DNA of 55,864 bases from an uncultured Candidatus Saccharibacteria bacterium (lineage in GTDB: Bacteria > Patescibacteriota > Saccharimonadia > Saccharimonadales > Saccharimonadaceae). Of this stretch, positions 36,501 to 45,115 are shown in pieces; the stretch's first letter is position 1, and every line of letters starts with the position of its first letter. Position numbers and translations under genes: made by a program. The stretch covers positions 1 to 55,864 of the forward strand of contig CAZGXB010000001.1 in NCBI GenBank assembly GCA_964529615.1. Reading direction: 5' to 3'. The notes under the pieces were generated by a model, which saw nothing but the letters and a program-made list of their open reading frames with translations, was not told the DNA's origin and ran no database searches.

Positions 36501-37053
36501 CACACCGCCAGATACAGATCCTGACCCAGAACCTGATCCCGAACCAGAGCCGGAGGAGCCGGGGGGAGATTTGAAACCAAAGAATCCTGAAAAAGGGAAA
36601 GAGATTTGGGATAATAATGACCATTCTGGTGAAGCAGATCAGACTAAGGACGTGAATGACACCGCAGAGAAGAATAAGATTGAAGACGATATGCCGGCAG
36701 AAAATAATTCGAGCGTGACGGGGGGGCAGCAAATTAATAATGGCGGTGATGAGACGAAAGCTGAGCAAGGAGCGGCTGATGAGCGTCGAGAGGAGACTGC
36801 GGAAAAAGAAAGAGAAGAGGCTGAGCGTGAACAAGCAGAGATACTAAAACGACAGCAGGAGCGTGCGGCGGAACAGGCCGCAAAGAAGAAGGCGGCGGAG
36901 GAGCAGGCCGCAAGGGAAAAAGCAGCAGCTGAGCGAGCTGCAAGAGAAAAGGCGGCGGCTGAGCGAGCTGCTAGGGCGCAGGCAGCTGCGGAACAGGCGG
37001 CGCAAGAGGCTCGAGAAGCTGCGGCTGAGAATACGGAAAATGAAACTGAATAA
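33529..37053 (+). CDS. Large Ala/Glu/Gln-rich coiled-coil protein with PDTPP and AAAERAAREK repeats
   Basis: 1174-aa ORF, GGAGG RBS, low-complexity repeats near the C-terminus. Confidence 0.8.
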   Translation: MGPNRGFGGFGVGNNYPAEGTAALNANAWNGANQDPANVVDLPQYQELQQQIDQKTEDMKAMDPNSYEYKRAGLQIYDWKNKQRELAAGQTSAEVQANQAERLNAQQAQVVGQKAMEAANATTGTTPGLAPKAETPAQPAEAAQSAETAQAQPATVTPEAAVQHAAEAVQQTQEGTQEVAASLAAAEPQLEQARANVEAVQQQAQGEAAATQRMNFANLKNAVGAARANQATTAANVQQSAAENAGQKVNYEASAEQQEKLRKDLIETEMRRLEETHPREISQETRERMATLAVDEMMKKYGTGDVEKLQEFLKDPIAERRKKQARMAEAEDLSARQGAIEQILQNREPQEAFDDLDRQIGTLAQELASMSKERPLTKENTRRTMEAISEMAGLRTKMNALLDYADQNGIEFSRADDGLEDAAAIDYGTPDGRTQEELDRQAAERVAALTGNDEVIPQVEAAIQGGQNEIEEGWYPNKEVDEKILSDLAAMEAEGIWQQIGMQEDPKAYVVELVEREMPEAEVSAKNRRVHEYWEKYQHYEQLKRLAENVGRSNGYDGGDSAETRTSLSPEEIAAAKSEMSNGLSAEEQAKIAQENAEVLEGREGLVSRIMERLKKHPKVYRFVKKAVAGTVGTLGTFTAVFAHPANAMAAGGGGEIMSYDDYLKETERAAAEGRAGQTGGREAVGAKIKDLQAEAMKALEAAGLTPEEMGNTAETRELNVNGSRSDYAPDYANFEEKSGPYNYGVDKSEYYGNARGALDSLIEIGRNQPESQASYFAGLGQTESGRQIWKECGINFEPSGDIYEDMRKIDDIISNAENGAEVQAKIDAKMAEILGNEHTERAVKFYQEYRKEKTSYIYQIDMRGEGRFDSSDLELGYSVKQRSGQKQMLVGMYAEDGTYLGTIDLNMECGFQVNVEMSQEDQEKVAKEVQKIQRAVKENPELRWEEVPGMADELRTVTWNIDPIDPGTPDTPPDTPPEPDTPPDTPPEPDTPPDTDPDPEPDPEPEPEEPGGDLKPKNPEKGKEIWDNNDHSGEADQTKDVNDTAEKNKIEDDMPAENNSSVTGGQQINNGGDETKAEQGAADERREETAEKEREEAEREQAEILKRQQERAAEQAAKKKAAEEQAAREKAAAERAAREKAAAERAARAQAAAEQAAQEAREAAAENTENETE

Positions 37054-37080
37054 TATAGCAAAATAGAAAAGGAGCATAAA

Positions 37081-37989
37081 ATGCAAAAACAAAGACTAAC
37101 AAAAGTAATGATTGCGCTGGCGGCGGTAGTGCTGCCGTTGGCGCGGGCGGTGCCGGTTTCGGCTTGGGGACCGGAGCGACCGACCTATACAAATGAGGCA
37201 CCTGCGGATCACGCAACTTTTAACTCGATTACTAATAATCCGGTTTTTGGTGATGAGCGGGATTTTGTGCGAATCGTTGAGAAAAAAGGCGATGGAGAGC
37301 AGAAGGATGTTTATAGTAATGATTTGCACTTGGAAGCTGGTAAACAGTATGAAGTAGTGATTTATTATCATAATAATGCTTCTGCGACAGTGAATGATGA
37401 GGCACACGGTTTTGCAGGTATGGCATATAATGCTAAGGTGATTGCGAATTTTCCCCATGCGCTAGCAAAAGGCGAAAAGGGGCAAGTTAGCGCTATTATC
37501 GAGGCGGACGGCACGGATCCAGAATCTGTATGGGATGAGGCTTACATTACGGCGGACGAAGCGATGACCTTACATTATGTGACGGCGTCAGCCAAGCTTC
37601 ATAATGATTGGGACGCAAATGGTTCGACGATGTCGATACATATGTTTGGTCGGGAAGGTGACTTTTTGGGAGTTAATGAGTTAGATGGAGTTATTCCTGG
37701 CTGTTATGAGTTTTCAGGATATATTACTTATACGCTTCAAACTGTCGCCGAAGGCGACCCAATCCCGGACGACGTGGAAGAGCCGGAACCAGAACCGGAA
37801 GGGGAAGATCCGGAGTCGACGCCGGTTTTGCCGAAGGAATTGCCGAAGACTGGGCCGCGGGAAGTGGCGTTTGCGGCGATTATCGTGGGGCTGGTGATCG
37901 TGGGATTTGTCTATTGGCGGCATTCGACGAAAACAGCGAAAAAGCTGGCGGGCAGAGCCAAGGGCAAGAAAGGCAAAAATAAGAAATAG
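37081..37989 (+). CDS. Secreted surface protein with LPxTG-like anchor
   Basis: Signal peptide ending VSA; C-terminal LPKTG, hydrophobic helix and basic tail. Confidence 0.8.
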   Translation: MQKQRLTKVMIALAAVVLPLARAVPVSAWGPERPTYTNEAPADHATFNSITNNPVFGDERDFVRIVEKKGDGEQKDVYSNDLHLEAGKQYEVVIYYHNNASATVNDEAHGFAGMAYNAKVIANFPHALAKGEKGQVSAIIEADGTDPESVWDEAYITADEAMTLHYVTASAKLHNDWDANGSTMSIHMFGREGDFLGVNELDGVIPGCYEFSGYITYTLQTVAEGDPIPDDVEEPEPEPEGEDPESTPVLPKELPKTGPREVAFAAIIVGLVIVGFVYWRHSTKTAKKLAGRAKGKKGKNKK

Positions 37990-38178
37990 TCAGCGTATAA
38001 AATGAAAAATGGAGTCTCAGACCGAGGCTCCATTTTGGGCTGATCCGCGTTCGCTGGCGAGGCGAGGGATCTTTGTTAGTTTTTTTGCGAATTTGTAATT
38101 TTGGGGTGGATTAGAGGTTGATTTCGGGAGGGGAATTTGATATAATGGCATGGATATTAAATAATTCTAAAGGAAAGT

Positions 38179-38487
38179 ATGAAAAAAGCAGTTGTACTCA
38201 TTGGCGGGAAGCAATATATCGCCTCTGAGGGTGAGACCCTCCGGGTGGACCTCCTTCCGGCAGGAACGAAAGAGCTCGAAACTGGTGCTTTGCTCGTAAT
38301 CGATGGCGATGATGTCAAAGTCGGTACTCCAGAAGTGAAAGGCGTGAAAGTTTCGGCGAAAGTGGTAGAGGAAAAAGTCGCTGGCGAGAAGCTGCGCGTG
38401 ATTCGCTACAAATCGAAGAAACGCGTGCATAAGGAAACTGGTCATCGCCAGAAGTATTCTTTGATCGAAATCACAAAAATTGCCTAA
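38179..38487 (+). CDS. rplU: 50S ribosomal protein L21
   Basis: GGKQY...GHRQKYS. Confidence 0.96.
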   Translation: MKKAVVLIGGKQYIASEGETLRVDLLPAGTKELETGALLVIDGDDVKVGTPEVKGVKVSAKVVEEKVAGEKLRVIRYKSKKRVHKETGHRQKYSLIEITKIA

Positions 38488-38611
38488 TTTGGCTGAAGAG
38501 AGCTCTCCGCGCGGGAGCTTTTTTGATGGGAACAAGAAGAAGTGACGGGAAAGTGACGAAGTGGGAATTGGGTGCGCGGAGTGGGAAAATCTGTGATATA
38601 CTGGCGGGAAG

Positions 38612-40966
38612 ATGCAGAGTGAAAAAACAAAAATTCGAGGGTTGACCAGCGCGGAAGTGGCGGAACGGCGGCGCGAGGGGCGGGATAATCGCGAGGTGAA
38701 GGCGCCATCGAAATCAGTGAAGCAGATTGTGACGTCGAATGTCTTGACGTATTTCAACTTGATTTTTCTCGTGATTGCAATTCTGTTGATTTTGGTGGGG
38801 TCGTATCGTGATTTGACGTTCTTGCCGATCGTGATTGCGAACACTTTGATTGGGATCATTCAGGAGCTAAGGGCGAAGCAGGTGCTGGACAATCTGAAAG
38901 TGATGCACATGCCGCGGGTGAAGGCGCGGCGAGACGGGGAAGTGAGGGAAGTGGCGATCGACGAGCTGGTGCAGGACGACGTCATTGAGCTGGGAGCGGG
39001 GGATCAGATCCCGGCGGATGGGGAAGTGGTGTCGGGAGAGGTGATGGCGAATGAGGCGCTGCTGACGGGCGAGGCGGACGAGATCAAGAAGGCGGTGGGG
39101 GATAAGCTGATGTCGGGGAGTTTCGTAGTGTCGGGGACGGCGGAGATGCGACTGGAAAAGGTGGGGAAGGAGTCGTATGCTTCGAAATTGACGCTCGAGG
39201 CGCGGAAGATGAAGACTGGCGAGCAGTCGGAAATTATCCGTTCGCTGAATAAGATTGTGAAGACGGTGGGGGTGATTATTATTCCGATCGGAGCGATTTT
39301 GTTTTGTCAGCAGTATTTCGGGGAGGGGGAGAGTGTGCGAGCAAGTGTGCAGGCGATGGTGGCGGCGGTGATCGGGATGATTCCGGAAGGGCTATTTCTC
39401 TTGGCAAGCGTGACGCTGGTGATTAGCGCGATGAAATTGGCACGCGAACAAGTCTTGCTGCACGACATGAAATCGATTGAGACGCTGGCGCGGGTGGATA
39501 CGCTATGTGTGGATAAGACGGGGACGATTACGGAAGAAAAGATGCGGGTGGAGAAGATTGAGACGTTGGCTGGAGGGGAGGCGAGCCGGGAGGTTTTGCA
39601 GAAGTTCGTGCGGGCGCAGGCGGCGGATAATGCCACGATGGTGGCGCTGAAAGAGGAGATGGGGGAGAATTTGGATGAGGAGGACGAGACCGAAGGGGAA
39701 AAGGGTCTGGCGAGGAAAGTGGTGGGGTTTTCTTCGCGCTACAAATATAGTGGGGCGGAGCTGGAGGAAGGAGCGTTCGTCTTAGGAGCGCCGGAGATCA
39801 TCTTGGGCGAGGAATATAGGAAATATCAGGAGAAGATTGAGCAATATAGCGCGGAGGGCTATCGAGTGTTGGTCTTCGGGAAGTATGCTGGAGAGCTCGA
39901 TGGGAAGAAATTGAGCGGGAAAGTGGCGCCCCGAGCATTGATTTTATTATCGAACCTGATTCGGGAAAAGGCGGCGGAGACATTTCGGTATTTTTATGAG
40001 CAGGGAGTGGAGATTAAGGTGATCTCGGGAGATAATCCAGTGACGGTGGCGCAGATTGCGCGGCGAGCGGGGATTAAAAATGCGGAGAAATATGTCGATG
40101 CGCGGAAGCTGACGACTGAAGAGGAAATTGAGCGGGCGATGCGCGAGAAGACGGTGTTTGGGCGGGTGACGCCGGAGCAGAAGCGGCAGATGGTACAGGC
40201 GCTGAAGCGGCAGGGGCGGACGGTGGCGATGACCGGGGACGGAGTGAATGATGTCTTGGCACTGAAGGACGCGGACTGTTCGGTGGCGATGGCGTCGGGG
40301 AGCGAGGCGGCAGTGCAGGCGGCGCAGCTGGTGCTCCTAGAATCGGATTTTGCGAAAATGCCGGATGTGGTGCGCGAAGGGCGGCGGGTGGTGAATAATT
40401 TGGAGCGGTCGGGAAGTTTGTTCTTAGTGAAGAATACCTTTTCGCTTTTGACGGCACTGCTGGTGATCTTGTTTGGGATTACTTATCCGCTGACGCCGGC
40501 GCAAGTGTCGCTGATTAGTATGTTTACGATTGGCGTGCCGGCGTTTCTCTTGTCGCAGATCCCGAATACGGATTTGATCCGGGGGAGTTTCATTCGGAAC
40601 GTTTTGCGTAAAGCGATTCCGGGCGGCGTGACGGATATGGTACTGGTCGTGATTATGGCGCTGATTGGGGAGGCCGTGGGCTTCACGGCGGCGGAGATTT
40701 CGACGGTGGCGACGGTGCTCCTGTCGGCGATTGGGCTGATGGTGTTATACGATATTTGTCAGCCGATGAATCGGGAGAAATGGTTGATTTGGGGGCTGTC
40801 GGCGGCGGGATTGGTGTTTTGTATGATTTTCTTGAAAGGATTATTTAGCATTTCGGATGAGGTGGGGGTGGTGCCGATTGTGCTGTGTGTAGGGTTTATC
40901 GGGCTGGCGCGGCCACTCTTAAAATTGAGCGGGAAAGTGGTGCAAAAATATTTCGCAAAAGTGTGA
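38612..40966 (+). CDS. Cation-transporting P-type ATPase
   Basis: LTGE, IPEGL, DKTGTIT, ISGDNP, MTGDGVND. Confidence 0.95.
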   Translation: MQSEKTKIRGLTSAEVAERRREGRDNREVKAPSKSVKQIVTSNVLTYFNLIFLVIAILLILVGSYRDLTFLPIVIANTLIGIIQELRAKQVLDNLKVMHMPRVKARRDGEVREVAIDELVQDDVIELGAGDQIPADGEVVSGEVMANEALLTGEADEIKKAVGDKLMSGSFVVSGTAEMRLEKVGKESYASKLTLEARKMKTGEQSEIIRSLNKIVKTVGVIIIPIGAILFCQQYFGEGESVRASVQAMVAAVIGMIPEGLFLLASVTLVISAMKLAREQVLLHDMKSIETLARVDTLCVDKTGTITEEKMRVEKIETLAGGEASREVLQKFVRAQAADNATMVALKEEMGENLDEEDETEGEKGLARKVVGFSSRYKYSGAELEEGAFVLGAPEIILGEEYRKYQEKIEQYSAEGYRVLVFGKYAGELDGKKLSGKVAPRALILLSNLIREKAAETFRYFYEQGVEIKVISGDNPVTVAQIARRAGIKNAEKYVDARKLTTEEEIERAMREKTVFGRVTPEQKRQMVQALKRQGRTVAMTGDGVNDVLALKDADCSVAMASGSEAAVQAAQLVLLESDFAKMPDVVREGRRVVNNLERSGSLFLVKNTFSLLTALLVILFGITYPLTPAQVSLISMFTIGVPAFLLSQIPNTDLIRGSFIRNVLRKAIPGGVTDMVLVVIMALIGEAVGFTAAEISTVATVLLSAIGLMVLYDICQPMNREKWLIWGLSAAGLVFCMIFLKGLFSISDEVGVVPIVLCVGFIGLARPLLKLSGKVVQKYFAKV

Positions 40967-40979
40967 TATACTGGGGAAA

Positions 40980-42587
40980 ATGAAGGAGTTGTGGCGCAAA
41001 ATTGGGCGGATGAATGGGGTGTGGCTAGGACTGATTATTATTTTGCAGACGATACTTTATCTGGTGGCGGGGGCGAATAAGGCCTATTTCCATATGGATG
41101 AGATTTATTCGTATGGGCTGGCGAATTATGAAAGAGTGCAGATTTATGAAACGGAGGGGTTTTATGACGCGTGGCATAACGGAGCATACTATGATGATTA
41201 TTTGATGGTGAGCGAAGAGGAGCGGGGGGATTTCTTGCCGGTGTATGAAAATCAGAAAAATGACGTGCATCCGCCGCTGTTTTATTTGTTATTGCGACTA
41301 GGGATGGAGATGCTGCCGGGGAAATTTAGCCAGTGGATAGGAATTGGGCTGAATATAATCATTTTTGCGCTGAATACGGGGCTGTTGTATTTGGTGATTA
41401 AGCGGCTCTGGCGGAGTGGAGAGAAAGCGGAAGGGCGGACGACGAGAGTGAAGACTTTGCTCTTGACGCTGGTGGTGGCGACGTCGGTGATGGCGGTGAG
41501 TACAGTAATATATATCCGGATGTATGCGCTGCTGGCACTATGGATTACGCTGACGACGTATTTGCATTTGCGGTTGCTGGCGAGCGAAAAACCGACGAAG
41601 GGACTGCTGGCGGGGATTGGCATAGTGGCGTTTCTCGGGTTTCTGACGCAGTATTATTATTTGTTTTTCATCGTGGCGATGTATGGATTTTTCACGGTGC
41701 GTTATGCTAAGCTCAGGGAATGGGCGAAATGGCGGGCATATACGTTGGCGCTGGGGCTGGCGGGGGTAAGTTCGCTGATTATCTGGCCGTATTCGGTGCA
41801 GCATATGCTGTTTAGTAATCGCGGGGGCGGGGTGTTGGAGCATTTATTGAATCCGCGGCTTCTAGTGGAGAATATTTGGCAATATTTGGATGTGATAGAT
41901 CTATATGTCTTCCATTGTTTGCTATTAGTGGTGCTGGCGGTGATTTTGGTCTTAGGTGGGAGGATGATCGCACGGCAGAGCAAAATCAAACTAGGCGAAG
42001 CGGAGCGGACGAGGCTGGTGATGGTCCTGGTACCGACGATTTTTTATCTGATGATCGTGGCGGCGGTGTCGCCGTTTATCGCGCTGCGCTATGTGGCGCC
42101 GGTGTGTGGGCTGGTGCTGGTGAGCGTAGTATGGATTTTGGATAAGTTGCTATCGGCGACGAAGGGAAAAAGGCGGGAAGGCTGGTTGCTGGCCATAGCG
42201 GGAATTTTCCTGCTGATGCCGCTCGTGCTGAAGATTGAGCCGGATGTGATGTATAGTGAATATGGGGGGGCGACAGAAGAGCTGGCGGAGCGGGCGGAGA
42301 TTCCGGCACTGTATATTTTCCGTACGGGGGACGACTGGGTAGTATTGAATGATTTGTTGCTGCTGAGAGAAATCGACGAGAGCTATTTGGCGAAAGACGT
42401 GGGGGGCGATGAAGAGGAAATTCGGACGATTTTGCGAGGGAGGGACTTGTCGCATGGATTGACGCTGTTCATCAACGACGGGCAGGATACGGCGGAGATT
42501 GTCGAGGCGGTGGAGGCGGCGACGGGTCTGAAAAAAGCAGAAAAAGCCTGGCGGATGCCGACTAGTGAGATATATTATTTGCAATAA
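40980..42587 (+). CDS. Polytopic membrane glycosyltransferase (GT-C/PMT-like)
   Basis: HMDEIYSY, DVHPPLFY, IRMYAL, LTQYY motifs; many TM helices. Confidence 0.75.
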   Translation: MKELWRKIGRMNGVWLGLIIILQTILYLVAGANKAYFHMDEIYSYGLANYERVQIYETEGFYDAWHNGAYYDDYLMVSEEERGDFLPVYENQKNDVHPPLFYLLLRLGMEMLPGKFSQWIGIGLNIIIFALNTGLLYLVIKRLWRSGEKAEGRTTRVKTLLLTLVVATSVMAVSTVIYIRMYALLALWITLTTYLHLRLLASEKPTKGLLAGIGIVAFLGFLTQYYYLFFIVAMYGFFTVRYAKLREWAKWRAYTLALGLAGVSSLIIWPYSVQHMLFSNRGGGVLEHLLNPRLLVENIWQYLDVIDLYVFHCLLLVVLAVILVLGGRMIARQSKIKLGEAERTRLVMVLVPTIFYLMIVAAVSPFIALRYVAPVCGLVLVSVVWILDKLLSATKGKRREGWLLAIAGIFLLMPLVLKIEPDVMYSEYGGATEELAERAEIPALYIFRTGDDWVVLNDLLLLREIDESYLAKDVGGDEEEIRTILRGRDLSHGLTLFINDGQDTAEIVEAVEAATGLKKAEKAWRMPTSEIYYLQ

Positions 42588-42629
42588 AAAGTGCAGTGCG
42601 GCCGAGAACGTGCTATAATGAAAATAGTT

Positions 42630-43397
42630 ATGGCTAAGGTGATTTGTATTACGAACCAAAAGGGCGGCGTAGGCAAGACGACGACTTCGGTGAACTTGTC
42701 GTATTATTTGGCGAAGGCGAAGAATCGCGTGTTGCTGGTCGATATTGACCCGCAAGGCAATGCTACGTCGGGACTCGGCGTAGATAAAAACGCGATGGAA
42801 AATACAATGACCGAGGCGATGATTGGGGCGGTGCCGTTTCGAGAGGTGATTGTCGAGACGCAGTTTAAGAATCTGGATTTGGCGCCGACGACGCCGCAGC
42901 TGGCGAATGCGGAAGTGGAAATGGCGGCGATGAAGCAGAAATTTGGCGTCCTGAAAAAAGCATTGGCGGAAGTGGGGAATGAGTATGATTTCATCGTGAT
43001 CGATTCGCCACCGAGTTTGTCGCTTCTGACGGTGAATGGGATGATCGCGGCGAATTATTTGCTGCTGCCGGTGCAGACGGAGTTTTATGCGCTGGAGGGA
43101 GTGGCGCAGTTGCTCGAGAGCATGGCAATGGTGAAAAAGGCGATGAATCCGGATTTGAAACTCTTGGGGGTGCTCGCGACAATGTATGATAAGCGGACGA
43201 GCTTGAGTGCCGAAGTTCTAGCGGAAGTGGAAAAATATTTCAAGGAAAAGGTTTTCCGGACGACGATTCCGCGAAACGTGCGGGTGGCGGAGGCGCCGAG
43301 CCATGGAGTGCCGGTGGGGGCGTATGATAAGTTTAGTAAGGGGGCGAAAGCCTATAAGGAATTCACGCGCGAAGTGATGGAAAGGGCAGGAGTGTAA
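42630..43397 (+). CDS. parA: Chromosome partitioning ATPase
   Basis: NQKGGVGKTTT, DIDPQGNATSGLG, IPRNVRVAEAPSHG. Confidence 0.96.
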   Translation: MAKVICITNQKGGVGKTTTSVNLSYYLAKAKNRVLLVDIDPQGNATSGLGVDKNAMENTMTEAMIGAVPFREVIVETQFKNLDLAPTTPQLANAEVEMAAMKQKFGVLKKALAEVGNEYDFIVIDSPPSLSLLTVNGMIAANYLLLPVQTEFYALEGVAQLLESMAMVKKAMNPDLKLLGVLATMYDKRTSLSAEVLAEVEKYFKEKVFRTTIPRNVRVAEAPSHGVPVGAYDKFSKGAKAYKEFTREVMERAGV

Positions 43398-44251
43398 TGG
43401 CGAGAAAAAGTATGGGGCTGGGGCGCGGATTTGAGAGTTTGATCCCGACGGATTTGGTGGAAGAAGCCTTCGACCCGACGGAGAAGGAAGACAAGCAGTC
43501 GAGCCGCTTAGAAGAGATTGAAATCGAAAAAATCGTGCGCGACGAAGAACAGCCGCGCAAGAGTTTCACTGAGGAGAACTTGCGGGAATTAGCAGCTTCG
43601 ATCAAGGAGCATGGCGTATTGCAGCCGATCGTGGTGACGAAAGTGGGGGAGAAATATCAGATCGTGGCGGGAGAGCGGCGCTGGCGAGCGTCGAAGCTAG
43701 CGGAGAAAAAGACAATTCCGGCGATCGTGCGGACGATGACGGCGCAGAATAAGTTGGAAATGGCGATCATCGAGAATGCGCAGCGTGAGGATTTGAATCC
43801 GATCGAATTGGCGACGGCGTATGCGAAATTGAAAAGCCAGTTTAACCTGACGAATGAAGAAATCGGTCGGCGGGTAGGGAAGAGCGCTGGTAGTGTGGTG
43901 AATACGATGCGGCTTTTGAAGTTACCCGAAGAAGCTAAAAAGGCGATGCAGGAGCATAACTTGATGGAGGGGCCGATGCGGCCATTGATTGCGGCGGATC
44001 CGGAGATTGTGCACGAAATCTTGCCGAAGATGATCGAGGAAGGTTGGCCGGCGCGGCGAGTGGAGAGTTATGTCGCAGCACGGAAGAAGAAGAGCTCGGT
44101 CAAGGCGGTGAAGAGCAGTACTTACCGCAAAGATGAGGAGCGTCTGGCGGAGAAATATGGGGTGATGGTGAAGATTCGGGGGAGAAGCGTGACGCTGAGC
44201 GCAAAGAATGACGCGGCGCTGAAGGAGTTGTTGGAGAATCTGGCGAAATAG
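43397..44251 (+). CDS. parB: Chromosome partitioning protein
   Basis: GLGRG, QPRKSF, GVLQPI, VAGERRWRA, ENAQREDLNPIE. Confidence 0.96.
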   Translation: MARKSMGLGRGFESLIPTDLVEEAFDPTEKEDKQSSRLEEIEIEKIVRDEEQPRKSFTEENLRELAASIKEHGVLQPIVVTKVGEKYQIVAGERRWRASKLAEKKTIPAIVRTMTAQNKLEMAIIENAQREDLNPIELATAYAKLKSQFNLTNEEIGRRVGKSAGSVVNTMRLLKLPEEAKKAMQEHNLMEGPMRPLIAADPEIVHEILPKMIEEGWPARRVESYVAARKKKSSVKAVKSSTYRKDEERLAEKYGVMVKIRGRSVTLSAKNDAALKELLENLAK

Positions 44252-44488
44252 GGGTTTTTGGGGGCGAAACGTTGATTTCTGGGGGAAAGTGTGCTATAAT
44301 AGGGGTATAGGGCTGGAATGCCATGGATTTTGGTGGGTTCTGGCCAGTTCTTTTTAGCTAGGATTTATCGAAGTATGGCATTTCGGTCACTATTTCACGC
44401 GGGGAAGACCCCTTAAATTTTCAAAGGCGTGAAAGTTCTTCAAGAGCAGGGCTCTTAAGGGCGTCCCAGATGGGGGAAAGGAGCAACT

Positions 44489-44860
44489 ATGACAACGGTA
44501 GCAGAGGGGGCGTCTATGGCGTGTCTGAGTCAGCCTGAAGTGACGAATGTGAAGTTGTATTTGTCGCGACCACAGATAAAACGGGTTCAGGGCGATGAGG
44601 ACACAGATGGATATGCACAGAGATTGAAAGGCGTAATCGGCCGATTGAACGATGGATGTTTTGATACGCGTTCGTATGTGCCGAGTGAGATGAAGCAGTT
44701 GGCCGTGGACGGTGTTCCGACTCAGGAGATTGAGGCGGTGGTGCGGGAATTGCGATTTGCTTTGGCGCCGAAAATTGGCGCTGAGAATCGTGCTATGAGC
44801 AGTTTCGCGGCGCGTAAAGCGCTGGAAAAGGCGGCGACAACAGAGAGGGGGAGGTTATAA
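44489..44860 (+). CDS. Hypothetical protein
   Basis: AAGGAG RBS, 123 aa. Confidence 0.65.
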   Translation: MTTVAEGASMACLSQPEVTNVKLYLSRPQIKRVQGDEDTDGYAQRLKGVIGRLNDGCFDTRSYVPSEMKQLAVDGVPTQEIEAVVRELRFALAPKIGAENRAMSSFAARKALEKAATTERGRL

Positions 44861-45115
44861 TTTTGATAAACCGGCGAAAATGGCCGAAAAGGGTCTTGAG
44901 GACCAAATAAGGCCTTATTTGGCACTTCCAGAGAGGAAGTGCCAATTTGCATGGAAAGGGTTGATTTTGGGGGTGAAGTTTGGTATAATAGGGGTAATAA
45001 GATATGGGGGCTTCTCAAGGGAATTGTTGCAACTAGGGTGGCATGACGGAGGTATAGAGAAACGGGGGTTTGCGAGATTTCTGGGGAGAAAATAAGGTTA
45101 ATAAAAGAGGAAAAT

